From the NCBI GenBank assembly GCA_051294375.1, contig CM119270.1, positions 22,005,897 to 22,069,896 on the forward strand: a stretch of 64,000 nucleotides of DNA, read 5' to 3'. The stretch comes from Paraspadella gotoi. Lineage: Eukaryota; Animalia; Chaetognatha. The position numbers and the translations under genes are program-made. The first letter of the stretch is position 1. Every line of letters starts with the position of its first letter. The notes beneath the pieces were generated by a model. The model saw only the letters and a list, made by a program, of their open reading frames with translations. It searched no databases and was not told the DNA's origin. This document shows, in pieces, positions 27,573 through 40,900 of this stretch.

Positions 27573-27717
27573 ATGGGTCACTCCGAATGGGTCACTCCAA
27601 ATGGGTCACTCCGAATGGGTCACTCCAAATGGGTCACTCCGAATGGGTTACTCTAAATGGGTCACTCCGAATGGGTAACTCAGAATGGGTCACTCAGAAT
27701 GGGTCACTCAGAATGGA
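27573..27717. repeat. 14-bp tandem repeat x10
   Basis: ATGGGTCACTCCGA units, contiguous. Confidence 0.9.
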
Positions 27718-27889
27718 CCAAAGACACCAGATCATCGAGGCTCACATGGTAGTCGTCTCTGCCATCGTCTTCGTCATCATGGTCGTCGTCGTCGTCGTCC
27801 TCGTTGCCTGGCAACTGGTTGTCTGATTCTGGATGAGAATTTCTGGAAACTCTTGTCACTAGAAAAAGGAGGACAAGTCTCAGAACGAC

Positions 27890-28395
27890 AGATGGCAGCA
27901 ATGGCAGCAATGGCCGCAATGGAGCAATGAAAGCATTGGCAGCAATGGAAGCATTGGCAGCAATAGCAGCAATGGTAGCATTGGCAGCATTGGCCGCAAT
28001 GGCAGCAATGGCAGCATTGGCAACATTGGCAGCAATGGCCGCAATGGCAGCAATGGAAATATTGGCAGCATTGGAAGCAATGGCCACAATGAAGCGATGG
28101 CAGCAATGGTAGCAATGGCAGCATGGGCAGCATTGGCAGCAACGGCCGCAATGGCAGCAATGGCATCATTGGCAGCATTGGCAGCAGTAGCAGAAATGGG
28201 ACCAATGGCAGCATTGACAGCGATAGCAGCATTGGGAGCAATGGCAGCAATAGCATCTATGGCAGAATTGGCAGCAATGGCAGCAATGGCCGCAATGGAG
28301 CAATGGCACCAATGGTAGCAATGGAGCAATGTAAGCAATGGCCTAAATGGAGAAATAGCAGCAATGGCAGCATTGGCAGCATTGGCAGCAATGAC
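27890..28395. repeat. 9-bp minisatellite TGGCAGCA(A/T), about 55 copies
   Basis: Direct inspection. Followed by a degenerate (GAC)n tract at 28465-28740. Confidence 0.9.
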
Positions 28396-28965
28396 CACAT
28401 CGACCACAAAGAGAGCCACATTTACAACGAGACCACACTGACGGCCAAAACGATACATTTAAACCATGACGGCGATGATGACGATGACGATAACAACAAC
28501 GACGACGAACACAACGACAATGATGACTACGACGATGACGACGACGACGACCCCACGACAATGACGACGACGACGATGATGAAGACGATGAAGACGACAA
28601 AGACGACGACACCACAACAATGATGACGACGACGACGATAAAAAAAACGACGACAAAGACGAAGACGACAACGACGACGACCCACGAAAATGACACGATG
28701 ATGAAGACGACGACGACGACGACGACGACGACGACAACCAAAAAACTCGATGCAAACGAGAAAGATCACGAAAGAATTATTTTCGATTCGATTTTCCAGA
28801 GAAAAAAGGTCAACAGTTAAAACTCTGTGCGCACAGAAGAATCAGTTGATTCTTTCTCACTTTAGGAAATTCGAGTTAAAAAAAACAAAACAGGAAAATC
28901 AGGAAATTTGAAAAATCGTTGAGATAAAAAAACTATTTTTTTTGTGATAATAACCAATTTTAACA

Positions 28966-29163
28966 ATGAGAAAATGGGAAAATAATGAAGACGACGATAA
29001 AGATGACGACGACGACGACGACGACAAGGAAGACGACGACGACGACGACGTAGCGACGATGTTTAAATTTGATTTTGAACAAAGTTTTTTCCGCGCAAAA
29101 TATAAACTTTTAATGTCCAGTCGATTGTTCGCTCCGAGAGAAACTAACGTTTTTGTACACGAG
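28966..29163 (+). CDS. candidate first coding exon of the unknown multi-exon gene (acidic N-terminus)
   Basis: ATG-initiated frame MRKWENNEDDD...MFKFDFEQSFFRAKYKLLMSSRLFAPRETNVFVHE ending at a consensus donor GAG|GTAAGT (phase 0). Its phase link to the next exon is unresolved. Confidence 0.35.
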
Positions 29164-29880
29164 GTAAGTTTATGACATTTAATGTAAGTTTCTGTTACAT
29201 TTATGACATTATATGTTATGTTTAATTAAAGCTATAAGGAAAGTTCATCAATTGTTTTTTTCCAAATGATTTTTTTGCTTTTTTATTTTAATTTAATTTT
29301 TTTTTTTCATCGATATTAATAAATTTATTCGTGAATCATAATATATTGTTTAGTTATACTTTAAAAAACGTTCTATGTTTATTTATTAATAATTCATTAA
29401 GTTTTTTTCCATAAATGTATTATATTATTTTTTTTGGTTCCTTTATTCTTTTTTTGTTAATTATTATCCTTTGTTTTCCTTTGATGAACTTTCTTTTGTC
29501 AAAAAGATTTTCGATATTCGTTTTTGGTTTATTCATTGTGAATCTTACCATCTGTAGAATCCCAGCCGAGCGTGAGCAAAGGGAAAAAAGGGAAAAAAGG
29601 GAAAAAAGGGAAAAAAGGGAAAAAAGGGAAAAAAAGGGAAAAAAGGGGAAAAAAGGGGAAAAAGAAATTAAAGGGGACGCTTCTATCCCTATCTCTATTT
29701 ATTTCCTTAAACCAAATCTTATTTATTTATTTATTTATTTATTTATATAGTTTAATATTGTTTATTTGGTTATTAAGTTCTCTTCAACTCTCCTTTTTTT
29801 TCTCTTCAAACGCGAATGCTCTATCTCTATCTTTCTCTTCTAACTCTGTTTCCTTCATCTCTGTCACCGTTTCCATTCTA

Positions 29881-29937
<57 letters not shown>

Positions 29938-29942
29938 TAACT

Positions 29943-31950
29943 TAGAGATGAGCATCGTTCGAATCGAAGCTCCGATCAAGATTCCTTTATATTTCACTAC
30001 TATTCAAAACTGCATAGTCAAGGCCAAAACAAATTATGTCAATATGGGCAGATTTCGAAATCTTGGCGTCTTGGGAAGCCAATGGAGGTAGAGCGCGATC
30101 GAAATTCCCATTTTATCATGCCCAAAAATGGTATTTAAATGGATTGGTCAGGCCGTTTTTTCCCTATTTCAAGAAAACCTTCTGGCTCTTGAGTAAAAAA
30201 GACCAAATCATACATATTAAGTAAAGTTTCCGAAACCTTATTGTCTTCTCTACATGATGAAAAAAAGCAAATTAAAATTCTTTCATCTTAATTGTTGCTA
30301 AAGCATCAAATGAACTGTTTTTTTTAATTGAACTGCATAGTCAAGCCCTTCATTTTTTTCATTTTGAAACAACAATTGACAGAAACTGTATTGATTTTAA
30401 CTACACCTTCAAATCAGGTAGAGCGCAAGCGGCTTATATTAAAAATATTAATTCTCAATATAATGCAAATTTAAAAAAAGGGTTCAATAAACTTATTAAA
30501 AACAAAAATTCGTCGCACAGTGTTGCTTTGTGAGTTCCCAAAATGCCATAAAAAATAATTTTTAAATTTTTTATATTATTATATTATTATTAAAATATTT
30601 TATAATAATAAAATCTAAGTGTTGCAGATAACTTTTTTATTCAATCTGAGACAGGTAGTATAATATATTAACAGAAGTATATTGTTAAATTTTTATTTGT
30701 TCCCGAGATAGTCTCTGGTTGGTTTTGATATGCGCCTTTTTATTATTTGGAATCGTATTTTGTTGCGTGCTTTACGAAGTATCTGATTGATCAAGTATTT
30801 AAATAAACGTGCTCTTCTGATTTGGTTAGTCTTCTATATTGTACCTTAACCAAAGATATAAAAGAGATGTGGCTTACCTAAAACTGAGAGGAATAGTTCA
30901 ATGATTCGGACAGTCGGTAAGCATCTTAAAATGAGTGAATATTTGGTAATTTTTATGGTTAAGCTTAAAGTTGACTATTTTTAATAAGTTTTTCTTTTTG
31001 TATCTTTAGAAATAGTCTCCCTTCGACTTGCTTTAATGTTCCCTTTTAACTTGCTTCACGTCTCACGTCATCGTTATGTCTACTATAATAATTAATATAA
31101 ATTTTACAATATCATATTCTTCGAATCTCTATAAATAAAATAGCAAGTCAGAAAACACAGCTCGCTCACGGCGTACGTAAAAATCTCAAAAGTATTATAT
31201 GCATAAAAAATAATATTTTTAAATGAAATAGCAAATTTTTTTTAAACTGGAATTTTTTTTCTAATCATGGGTATAATAAAAAATTAAGATTATATAATAA
31301 TTTTATATTAATAATTATATTAAATATAATAAATCCAAAAAAATTATTTTTTTATATTTTAATAATAATAATATATAATAATAATAAATAAAATAATTAT
31401 AATAATATAATAATAATAATAAATAATAATAATAATAAATTATATTTTATTTTTAATTTTTTTTTTTAATTATAATTACTATTTTTATTAATTATTATTT
31501 TATTATTATATATACTGATAATAATATATATTTTATATATAATATTTTTTTTATTTAAAATTATAAAAAATTAATGTTTTAATTATTTTAAATATTTAAA
31601 TAAATTTTTAAAAAATTATTTTATAATAAAATAAAAAATATAATAAAAAATTATTTTTAACTGAACGGGATTTTTCTGAAAAATTTAGGCCCAGGATCTC
31701 ACTGTGCGCCGGTTCTAAAGCTTAGTACTACGCATAGTACTAATCTTTGTTGGATCAAAACAAGCTCGATTTTAAAGGAAAGTTGATCGGTTTGAAGAGC
31801 GATTTTTGCGATTGCTTTTTGGCGATTACTTTTGAATGGATTGTCGGATTATGATGAAATTATGCATGTAGATAATGTTTGCAATTGTCTATCGAACGCT
31901 ACCAAATTTGATATAAAACAATGAGTTGTTTAGAAACGATGCTCATCTCC
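29943..31950. mobile_element. hAT-like non-autonomous element (~2.0 kb)
   Basis: TIRs TAGAGATGAGCATCGTT and AACGATGCTCATCTCC. Flanking direct repeat ATCTAACT at 29935-29942 and 31951-31958. An 8-bp TSD is typical of hAT. Confidence 0.7.
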
Positions 31951-32316
31951 ATCTAACTCTGTTTCCTTTATCTCTGTCTCTATTTTTTTCCGTCTCTGTC
32001 TCTGTCGTCCTCCTCTGTTGTTAAGGGAGGAATAATTATTTCGCTGAGATTAGAAATTAATTTTTCGTACAAATAAAAATAATTTACGTATAAAAATATA
32101 TAAAATATACTCAATTAATTTGTGACTTTTCTCAACGAAAACATTTTATTTTGCTCTGACCAAGGGTTCGGTTTCAATATTTTTTATTTCACTTTAGTTT
32201 TATTTTGTTTAAACGGGTAAGTGGCTATCTATTAACTTAATAATAAAAATAAGGGCAAGTTATTTTATAATCTTATTAACTTGTTTCCATAAAATTTAAT
32301 AGCAGCAATTTTCCAG

Positions 32317-32416
32317 TTTATGCACTTTGTCCAACCCCATCTCTTTGTCCAACCCCATTTTCTCCCTCGAAGATCGGTTACTCAGACGAAGACATTCGAC
32401 TCATTGAGAAGAAGAA

Positions 32417-32476
<60 letters not shown>

Positions 32477-32556
32477 TAGATTTTCGTCTCCTTCGAAATC
32501 CAACGAATCTTCCGCCGCTAATGACGACAACAACAACAACAACAACGAAGTAGACG
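32317..32556 (+). CDS. internal exon of unknown low-complexity protein
   Basis: ttttccag| acceptor and G|GTAAAA donor. 240 nt, phase 1-1. Only one frame is open end to end: YALCPTPSLCPTPFSPSKIGYSDEDIRLIEKKK(T)nRFSSPSKSNESSAANDDNNNNNNEVD. Confidence 0.55.
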
Positions 32557-32621
32557 GTAAAAAAATGGGAGAAAATCTCGTGTGGATTTTTGCGGTCGAT
32601 CACCGTTTCCATTCTATGTCT

Positions 32622-32657
<36 letters not shown>

Positions 32658-33015
32658 AAGAAGGGTGGGGAGAAGAGGGGGAGCGGAGAGAAGACTGAGA
32701 GAGAGGAAAGAAAGAGAGAGAGGAGACGAGGACGAGATNNNNNNNNNNNNNNNNNNNNNNNNNNNNNNNNNNNNNNNNNNNNNNNNNNNNNNNNNNNNNN
32801 NNNNNNNNNNNNNNNNNNNNNNNNNNNNNNNNNNNNNNNNNNNNNNNNNNNNNNNNNNNNNNNNNNNNNNNNNNNNNNNNNNNNNNNNNNNNNNNNNNNN
32901 NNNNNNNNNNNNNNNNNNNNNNNNNNNNNNNNNNNNNNNNNNNNNNNNNNNNNNNNNNNNNNNNNNNNNNNNNNNNNNNNNNNNNNNNNNNNNNNNNNNN
33001 NNNNNNNNNNNNNNN

Positions 33016-33198
33016 CGCCGCTCGATCGCCGCTGACGACACTGATGCTGCCGCCGCCGCTGGGCGTCGCTCCAGTCAATTCGGAGGCATTTTGTCTTTCG
33101 ACCAAAGAGGAGGAAAGGAGGAGGAGGAGGAGGAGGAGGAGGAGGAGGAAGAAGAAGAGGAGGAGGATGAAAAGAGGAAAGACTTTTGTCTGAGTAAA
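33016..33198 (+). CDS. exon of unknown protein, 5' end hidden in an N gap
   Basis: GC-rich open frame RRSIAADDTDAAAAAGRRSSQFGGILSFDQRGGK(E)nDEKRKDFCLSK ending at AAA|GTAAGT, phase 0. Confidence 0.55.
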
Positions 33199-33857
33199 GT
33201 AAGTGAAATCAGAGAGAGTCAGTAAATCGTGTCAGGGGGAAATTCCCATTTGGGTAAGTCTATATATTTGGAAGTTAGTTTCACAGAGGATTTAGATCTC
33301 ATGTTATGTAAAGATAACTTGGCGGTGTCATATCCTTTCTATTTAAACTAATATTTCATTTTATACTAATGAAACAATTCATGACAGTCTCTCTTGGTTA
33401 TTTTCTCGTCAGAGGGACGGAAGCCTGTCCAACGTCATATTGTTTATTCAATTTTCAATTTGATTTTATTGTATTTTATATATAAGACAAAAAACAATGT
33501 TAAGTCACTATGCCAAACTTATTTATAATTTTAAATATTTAGATTAACCTAAGTGAAATTTAAATATAGACAATTTTTAGCCATTATTAAGAATCTGAAC
33601 ATAAATCACATCGATTAAAATGTGAAACTTAATGAGGACTTGAATTCAAATCTCAAATGAGATTGAATCACGAGATTGTGAATCATCGATGTCAGTTTCA
33701 CTCATAAAATTAATTCTCACAAATTTAAGAAACGAGAAAAACAAAAGAGAAAAACAAAAGAAAAATAAAAGAAAAAAAAATAAAACAAAAGAAAAACAAG
33801 AAAAGAAAATTTAGTTTTTGTATTATTTTGCTTTTGTTTCCTTTTTTGTTTCCTTTT

Positions 33858-34205
33858 TTGAGTTTCGCCACGATTACTCGCGGAGCAACTCTATAAGTCA
33901 CTTTNNNNNNNNNNGGTCGGCCGATCGGTCGGTATGTCTCTCTGTCCATCTGTCTATCCCACTTATGTTAAAACTGCTTATAACTCCTTTAATACTTTAT
34001 TTATTTAGTTCATATGTTGTAAGAAGGTAGGAGGGTAAATTAAGACCCTAAACTTACATAAGTATCATTTTTTTGGTTATTTTTGATAAGCTCCACCTTT
34101 TATTAAAGAATAAAAGAGGAATTTAGATCCAATGCGAATATAAACTGAAATACACGTGATAAGAAAGTCATTTCGGCGTAACAAACGTTCAAATTATCTT
34201 TCTTC
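33858..34205 (+). mobile_element. HINE-like repeat, family B copy
   Basis: CTCGCGGAGCAACTCTATAAGTCACTTT...GGTCGGTATGTC...CACGTGATAAGAAAGTCA is shared with 8152-8446 and 58750-59062. Confidence 0.6.
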
Positions 34206-34719
34206 TTCTTTTTCTTATTTTCTTTTTTTTCTTCTTTTCTTTCTTTTTTTCTTTTCTTATTTTCTTTCTTCTTGTCTTCCTTTCTTTGTTCTTTTTCCCC
34301 TTTTTCTTTCTTCTTTTTCTTTCCTACTTTTTTTTTGCTGGTGTTTCCCTTTTGTTTTCTTCTTTTTTCTTTCATCTGCCGATATTCGTTATCGGAGCGA
34401 CAACAACAACAATGACAACAACAACAACCGAGACAAAGAAAATGCTACCAGTTGTCCTCTTCTTGTTTCATTGTTAATGAGAACAGAATTTGGCCTCATG
34501 ACTGTCGTTTGAAATGAGACATCTTTTTATATTACAGAATGAGGCCTTGGTTATTGCTAATGAATTTCAATAGGCCAACAAAGCGAAAGCATTTATTAAA
34601 TTGACTTTTTTGTTTTTTACATGTTTGCGATTTTAGATTATTATTTCTTTCAAAGAGAAGGCATCATTTGTGAATATACAGATTATAAACCAAGGAATTT
34701 AGAGATAGACCAATAGACC

Positions 34720-34805
<86 letters not shown>
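34720..34805. repeat. (GATA)n microsatellite
   Basis: About 21 perfect units. Confidence 0.95.
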
Positions 34806-34806
<1 letters not shown>

Positions 34807-34939
34807 TAAAATGAAGAGAAATAGAAAGAAATCGCTGATTTCTCTTGAGATGAAAACGCGAGAGGAATTTCTTTCTTTCTGCTCAGATTTCTATCAAATC
34901 AGACATGACTCACTCTCTCTCTCTATCTCTCTCTCTCTG

Positions 34940-37900
34940 AGAGGGAAAAGAGGAGAAAAAGAGAAAAAGGAAAAAAATAGAAAATACGAAAAAAAGGAAA
35001 AAATTAGAAAAAAGAAAACAAAAAAGGAAAAGAAAAAAATAGAAAATAGACAAAAAAAGCAAAAAAAAGTGAGAAAAGCGAGAAAAACAAGAAAGAGAAA
35101 AAAGGAAAAATTTGAAAAGAAAAGGAAAAAAGCGGTATAAAATAGGAAAAAAAAAGAAGAAAAGAAAAGGAAAAAAAAAAAATAGAAATAGAAAAAAAAA
35201 AGGAGGAAAAAAAAAGAGAAAAGGAAATGAGGGGGAAAGAGAGAAAAAAAGCGAAAAAATTTTTGGAAAAAAAAATAAAAGAAAAGGAAAAAAAAAAAAT
35301 AAAAATAGGACTAGAATAAATAATGGAAATGAAAAATAAGAAAAAAAAAATTAATGTATTTAAAAAAAGACAACAAGGGGTGAAGGGGGAAAAAGGAAAA
35401 AAAAAATAGAAATAAAGAAACTGTGGACTTATAGGAAAGTAGGGTGAAAGTGGAAAGTTTTGTAATTTCAGAAAATTTAGCAGATTCATCTGTGAATAAC
35501 TATCATATTAGTGATACTAATTGTTAGTTATTTTTTTTTACATAAATATAGATAGCCCAGTCAAGCTTATTTTGAAATAATATAGTACTACGTTATATAT
35601 GTCAAAATTTGTTAAAATGATTTTAATATTTTTTTTTTAAGTTTGAGAGCAGATTCAAATTTCCCTAAAAAGTTAATAAAATAAAATATAAAGAAATCTT
35701 TTTTTCAGAAAATTATATGTCATCTCAGTTTAGTGCTAATTAGATTAACAAAAACCTGATTATTTTATAGTCTGGATATTTTGAAAATCAGCCGCATATT
35801 CAATAATAAGTTATTTTAATTTTTGACTAATTAAATAAAAAAGTGTTATAAAAAACTCATTTACATCTTTCTTATATTACAAGCTTTTTGCAAGGATTCT
35901 CCAAATGCCGAATCTCTATTTAAAATTTATTAAATAATTGGGCACTCTTTGACAATTTTAGACTATTACTACGCTTAGAACAATGCTTAAGTACTTAATA
36001 TAAAGTTATAGTCTTCACTGGAGTTGCCCCACTAATGATATTAAAATTGAAAAATATAAAATTTACCAAAATTAGTCATTTTCTTAGATTAGTATTTTAT
36101 ATGTAATTTTAATTTCTAAAATATTTATCATTTTCACATCACTCTATATAGAGTACTCCGAAAAAAAAGGAATAAGAAAAGAAAAGAAAAGATACGAAAG
36201 TTGGGAGAGGAAAGGAAACCAAAGGGAGAAATGTTGGAACAAATGGACAAAAGCAAAAGGGAACAAATAAAGGAAACCGGAGACCAAATTAATTATAATC
36301 CGCTTTGGATTATTAAAGGCATAATACATAGATTAAAAAGAATTGAAGGGGAAATGACCCCCCCTTACTCCCCAATTGTAACTAAACACCCTCAGAAATT
36401 TCAGATTCATATCACTCTGTCATTGTCACTTGTCACCTAAATCTAAATTACGGATTTGCAACCTCCGATATCTAATCATTTATTAATCTTTTCAATCCTC
36501 TTAACCCCCCCCTATTTTGCATTACCTCTCTCATTCATTTTGACCCTAGTTTCGTGAAATGTTTATATTAAATTTTAACTTTCAACATTTCATATGTATG
36601 ACTTGCAATATATCTTTCCTGTACTCACCTTCAGCAAAATCTCTCTCTGTCTCTATCTCACTTCTAAGAATAACCCTACTCAACACATCCTGGATCAGAA
36701 CTGTTTTTCGCCTCAAAGTGACCGCCCTTCCTCAGGCGTATTTCGTCAGCCAGTAACTGTGCTATTCTACGCAGACATTCACGGGCCGTTGGTATGTACC
36801 TCACCTGAACTAACATTTATACACCTTTCATATTCTTGTTCTTCCTGCTCGCTCAATCTTCTCGCCAGCCATCTTCTCGCTATTCATCCAGCTCTCTCTC
36901 TCTCCCAAGAGTTATCAATCTGGCACTTGCGATCTCGTTCCCTCTTGGATACATCTTCATCAACTCTCGGAATAAGAGAATTTGAAAAAATTCGCCCCAG
37001 TAGCCATTATAGATAGAAAATGAAGACCAGTTAACGTGGCAGCCCAGCTACGACTATATGATGTAAATGCTCTGGCTGTTATCCAAATACTTCTGTGTTA
37101 AAGAGTCCCAAGCTAAACACAATTTGATACATACTATACTTAGTAGGTACACTATAGTAAACCATTATCATCAATTGATTCTTATCTGCACCCTTTCTAT
37201 CTACTCTCTGATCCTCATCCAAGCTTCGCCCAGAGCTTCCGAGTATCCTTCGTGCGGTACTCCTTTTACCTCTTGTATGTATAATATAATATAATACGAT
37301 ATCCTCATTCTCTTTGGTACAAAAAGTCTGTTTGAGTTGTATCACTCTGAAATACAGATACAGACCGATTTAAATTATGAGAGATGGCTCATTCAGGGGT
37401 GTATCGATAACAAATGCTCAGACACTGACAGTCAAAATAACCGATTTGATACTGCTCTGTGTATCCTCTGATAACTTGGTTTATAAAAAAAAAATAAAAT
37501 CTCTTTAATATAGGTATAAATTTAATTGTATTCAATTGTGAACCGTCCTGGGCTCCCCAATTCTGCCTCGCACTCAACAATAAGACGTACCGTGTGAATC
37601 TTCTCTGTTAACTTTCTCTCTCTCCCTCATTACATTATTATGGTTATTTATGAATATGTTGCTGGAGACATACACTTCAAAGTTTATATAAATATTTTTT
37701 CTAATATAATCATCCTGTAATACCACCAACCTGATGTTCGCATAAACAATGTCTGCTTCCATAAGAACTTTAACAATTAATATTAATTTTCCCCCTAATT
37801 ATAACCCAAATATACGCAGTGGTTTCCCTAGGAAAACAATTCCCGAATTTAAAACTCTCCAGTTTGCGAGCATTTAAGTAGCCATCAAGAATCCGAGTAG

Positions 37901-40900
37901 ACGGGTTTAAGTCTAACACCAATTATACTACTTCTGGATTATTATGTAACTAGTGCTTAAATTAGTTTGGAATTTAATTAAATCAAGGAATCCAATATTT
38001 CAATAAGATTACGGGAATCTAGTATCACATTGCTTACTGAGGCCTGCTGTGCACAAATCAGTGCTGTTCAGGTCTACTTGATAAAAGAAATAATAACTCA
38101 TTATACGACCCTTAATTTCTCCAACCGTACGGTTGTATTATAAATGAATCCTCATTATACTCAGTTAAGAATATGAGATGAGCCGAAAACTAAAAAAATT
38201 TATTATATTATATAAAAAATAAAAATAAAAATAGAATTATAATGAAGATAACTAAAATTAACGTTTCCGGGCGTTTACTCTTACACTACAACCGTCTTTC
38301 AAAATTATATCTGTGTACAATTTATGTTTGTATATTAATTAATCAGTAAATATAATGGTTTAAACAATTAAATATCTCCATATTCTTACATGCAATGAGT
38401 CTTTGTCTGTAGGAATTTAATCCAGTGAAATTCAGTCTATAGACATTTGTCCTAGATAAAATAAATCGACCAAAAAAGTACGCGTGTTTCTAAATACTCT
38501 AATAGGTTGAAACTGTTTTTTTGTAGTTTTTTAATTTGTTATAATTATTAGTGTGTAATATTCTTCCTCGGTCTTCCCCAGACGAACCATCATCCTCCCA
38601 ACACTTTATTAAAATCTCTCGATACTCAGAAGTTGTCCTATCCCTTCACTCTGTCACATGCCACTGTACCACTCTCCTCATTCTTTGACATACGATGCAT
38701 ACTATAGTTTCCCTCTCCGTCATCTTGGTGTTATCATAAGGCAAAATATATTAGTCAACTAACACATGTGCAGTCTCTATTGCGCGGTAATTGTCGGGGT
38801 TCCACCTCAGACAAATCTACTCTCAGTGTAAATCGGTGCCACTCAAGTTACTCTGAAAGAAGATTCGGCGTACAGGAACGGAGAAGAAAGGAGAACAGGA
38901 AAGACGCCGATAAAGACAACCAGACCGACCACCAACCCGCGGATGCGCGGATCGACCGGATCACCAACCAAACCGCGTCCTCGAAATACCCGAATAATTT
39001 GCTCGTATGGTTCGGTCTAAATAATTATCATAATTTCGAATCTCTGACATGAATCTAGGGTAACAACCCCAAAAATAGAAAGATAAAACAAAAGCAACTG
39101 ATTAACGCCGAACCAATATTTTTTTGTGTGGGACGACGGACGACCCAGAAGTTGAAAGTTTGAGAGTGGGAATCTGTGTTAAGGTAGGGAGGTATGAGCC
39201 CGAATGAAATAATAATCTTACATAGGTAATCCGCTACACATCCCCCTAGGCCATCAACTAACTACCCGCTGCTCAAGTGTTAGTTAATTAAACGAAATTT
39301 TTGAAAGGATAATTTAAATATTTATCAAAAATGGCCTTTGAGCATTATGAAAATGCTAATATATCTTATAACCTTCCATCCAGGTCAATCCCTCGGATTC
39401 ATGTTGTGCCGTGCGATTTGATTCCGACCCAGTAGCCACTCTCCCCTAAAAGTGCCCGCAGGATCTGACCTCATATACCTTCAATTTCGACACTTTCCCA
39501 CAGAATAAATTCCATCAAAATCATATCACACCATCGAATAATCAATCATATAGTCCCAAATCATTATCTCCGATCACGCGAAGTCCAAAGGTGATATCAA
39601 TCAGTCATCTTTTACCAAGCATGCACCAACGGAGTGAAGACGAGGTGAGCCATTTCCTTCGTTCCTCCATTCACTTATGGTAAATTGAAGAAGAGGAGCC
39701 CGGTTAACGTGCCAGCGTTGTTCTGGGTCCCAGATTTGAGGAGCCTCCCCCGCGGAACTAATGAGAAGGGCTGGAGGATGTTAGAGGGCCGGCCCCCGCA
39801 CCCCGGGAAAAAACGGGATGATTTTTTCGCAAGATTTAAACCAGCCCCAGATGCCCGGATCTACTAGGTTACCGTCTGCCCAGCCGCCCAGAAGTGTCTC
39901 TCAGCACCATACGATTCCTTCCCTTGGTCGGGATATTATGCGGAGTGCTCCGTAATCCGTCGCCCCAACCCAAAATTGTAAACCACCTTACAGGTGACGG
40001 TGTACTGTGAAGATATTCAGGCCCCGCTCACCCGCGACTCCGGATCTTTTTAGATCCTGCCTCCGCTCCGGAAGTGAGGACCCTTGCGGATCGAATCTTT
40101 GAGATTCCAAGGGCCGGCGCCGTAGTGCTAACCGCCTGAATAGTTCTTCCACTGGAGGCCGCTTTTTTGAGTGCAAGCTTTGGACCGAGATCCTGAGGTG
40201 TAGTGGACAGGGCTCCGTGTCTGTCTCCTCCGGCGCCAATTCGTAATCAGGGCGTGTGTTTGCGTTGTGCGTCTAAAATGGTCGTTGTGAGCTGGGATCT
40301 TTGTTCGTATTTTGACGGTTTTGACACCGTGCCCCATTTGCCACCGTTCTTTGGAGGGTAACGCTGCATTGCCTTTGGGCCGCCATTTTTTTGCCCTGCA
40401 TTTGGTGGGGTGACGTAGACTTGGATGGCGGTAGTTGCGGTCCTTGAAAATATTAACGATAATTATTCCACTAACATATATAAGGGATCCGCACAACGCT
40501 GTGGAAGGCCAGAGGGTAGGATTTGTGGATATATTTCTTTTATCCGCTACTTGGAAGTGGAGGTATTGATGTTTCTCCTCCCTCGGAATTCGTAGGAAGT
40601 TGTACCCACAAGTTAATTATTTATAAGAGTGGCGCGTTTTGTTTTTATTTTTTTTTTTTTTTTATGACATGACTTATGACCGGGTCTGGTATGGAGAAAC
40701 CCCGGCTTGAGGTAGTTTTTTTGGTGAGAGCAAGACCGGAACCGACCACGACGACGGTATTGAGGAAGACGAGAAGACTTGATATATACGGGCTTTCATT
40801 TTTCCGTTGTAGTGAAAGGGAGGAGCTAGGAAGTGAAATACTGTGTCTATTCGCGGAAAAGGTGTGTTCATTATCAAGTAAGAATATCGACGAGAGGAAA

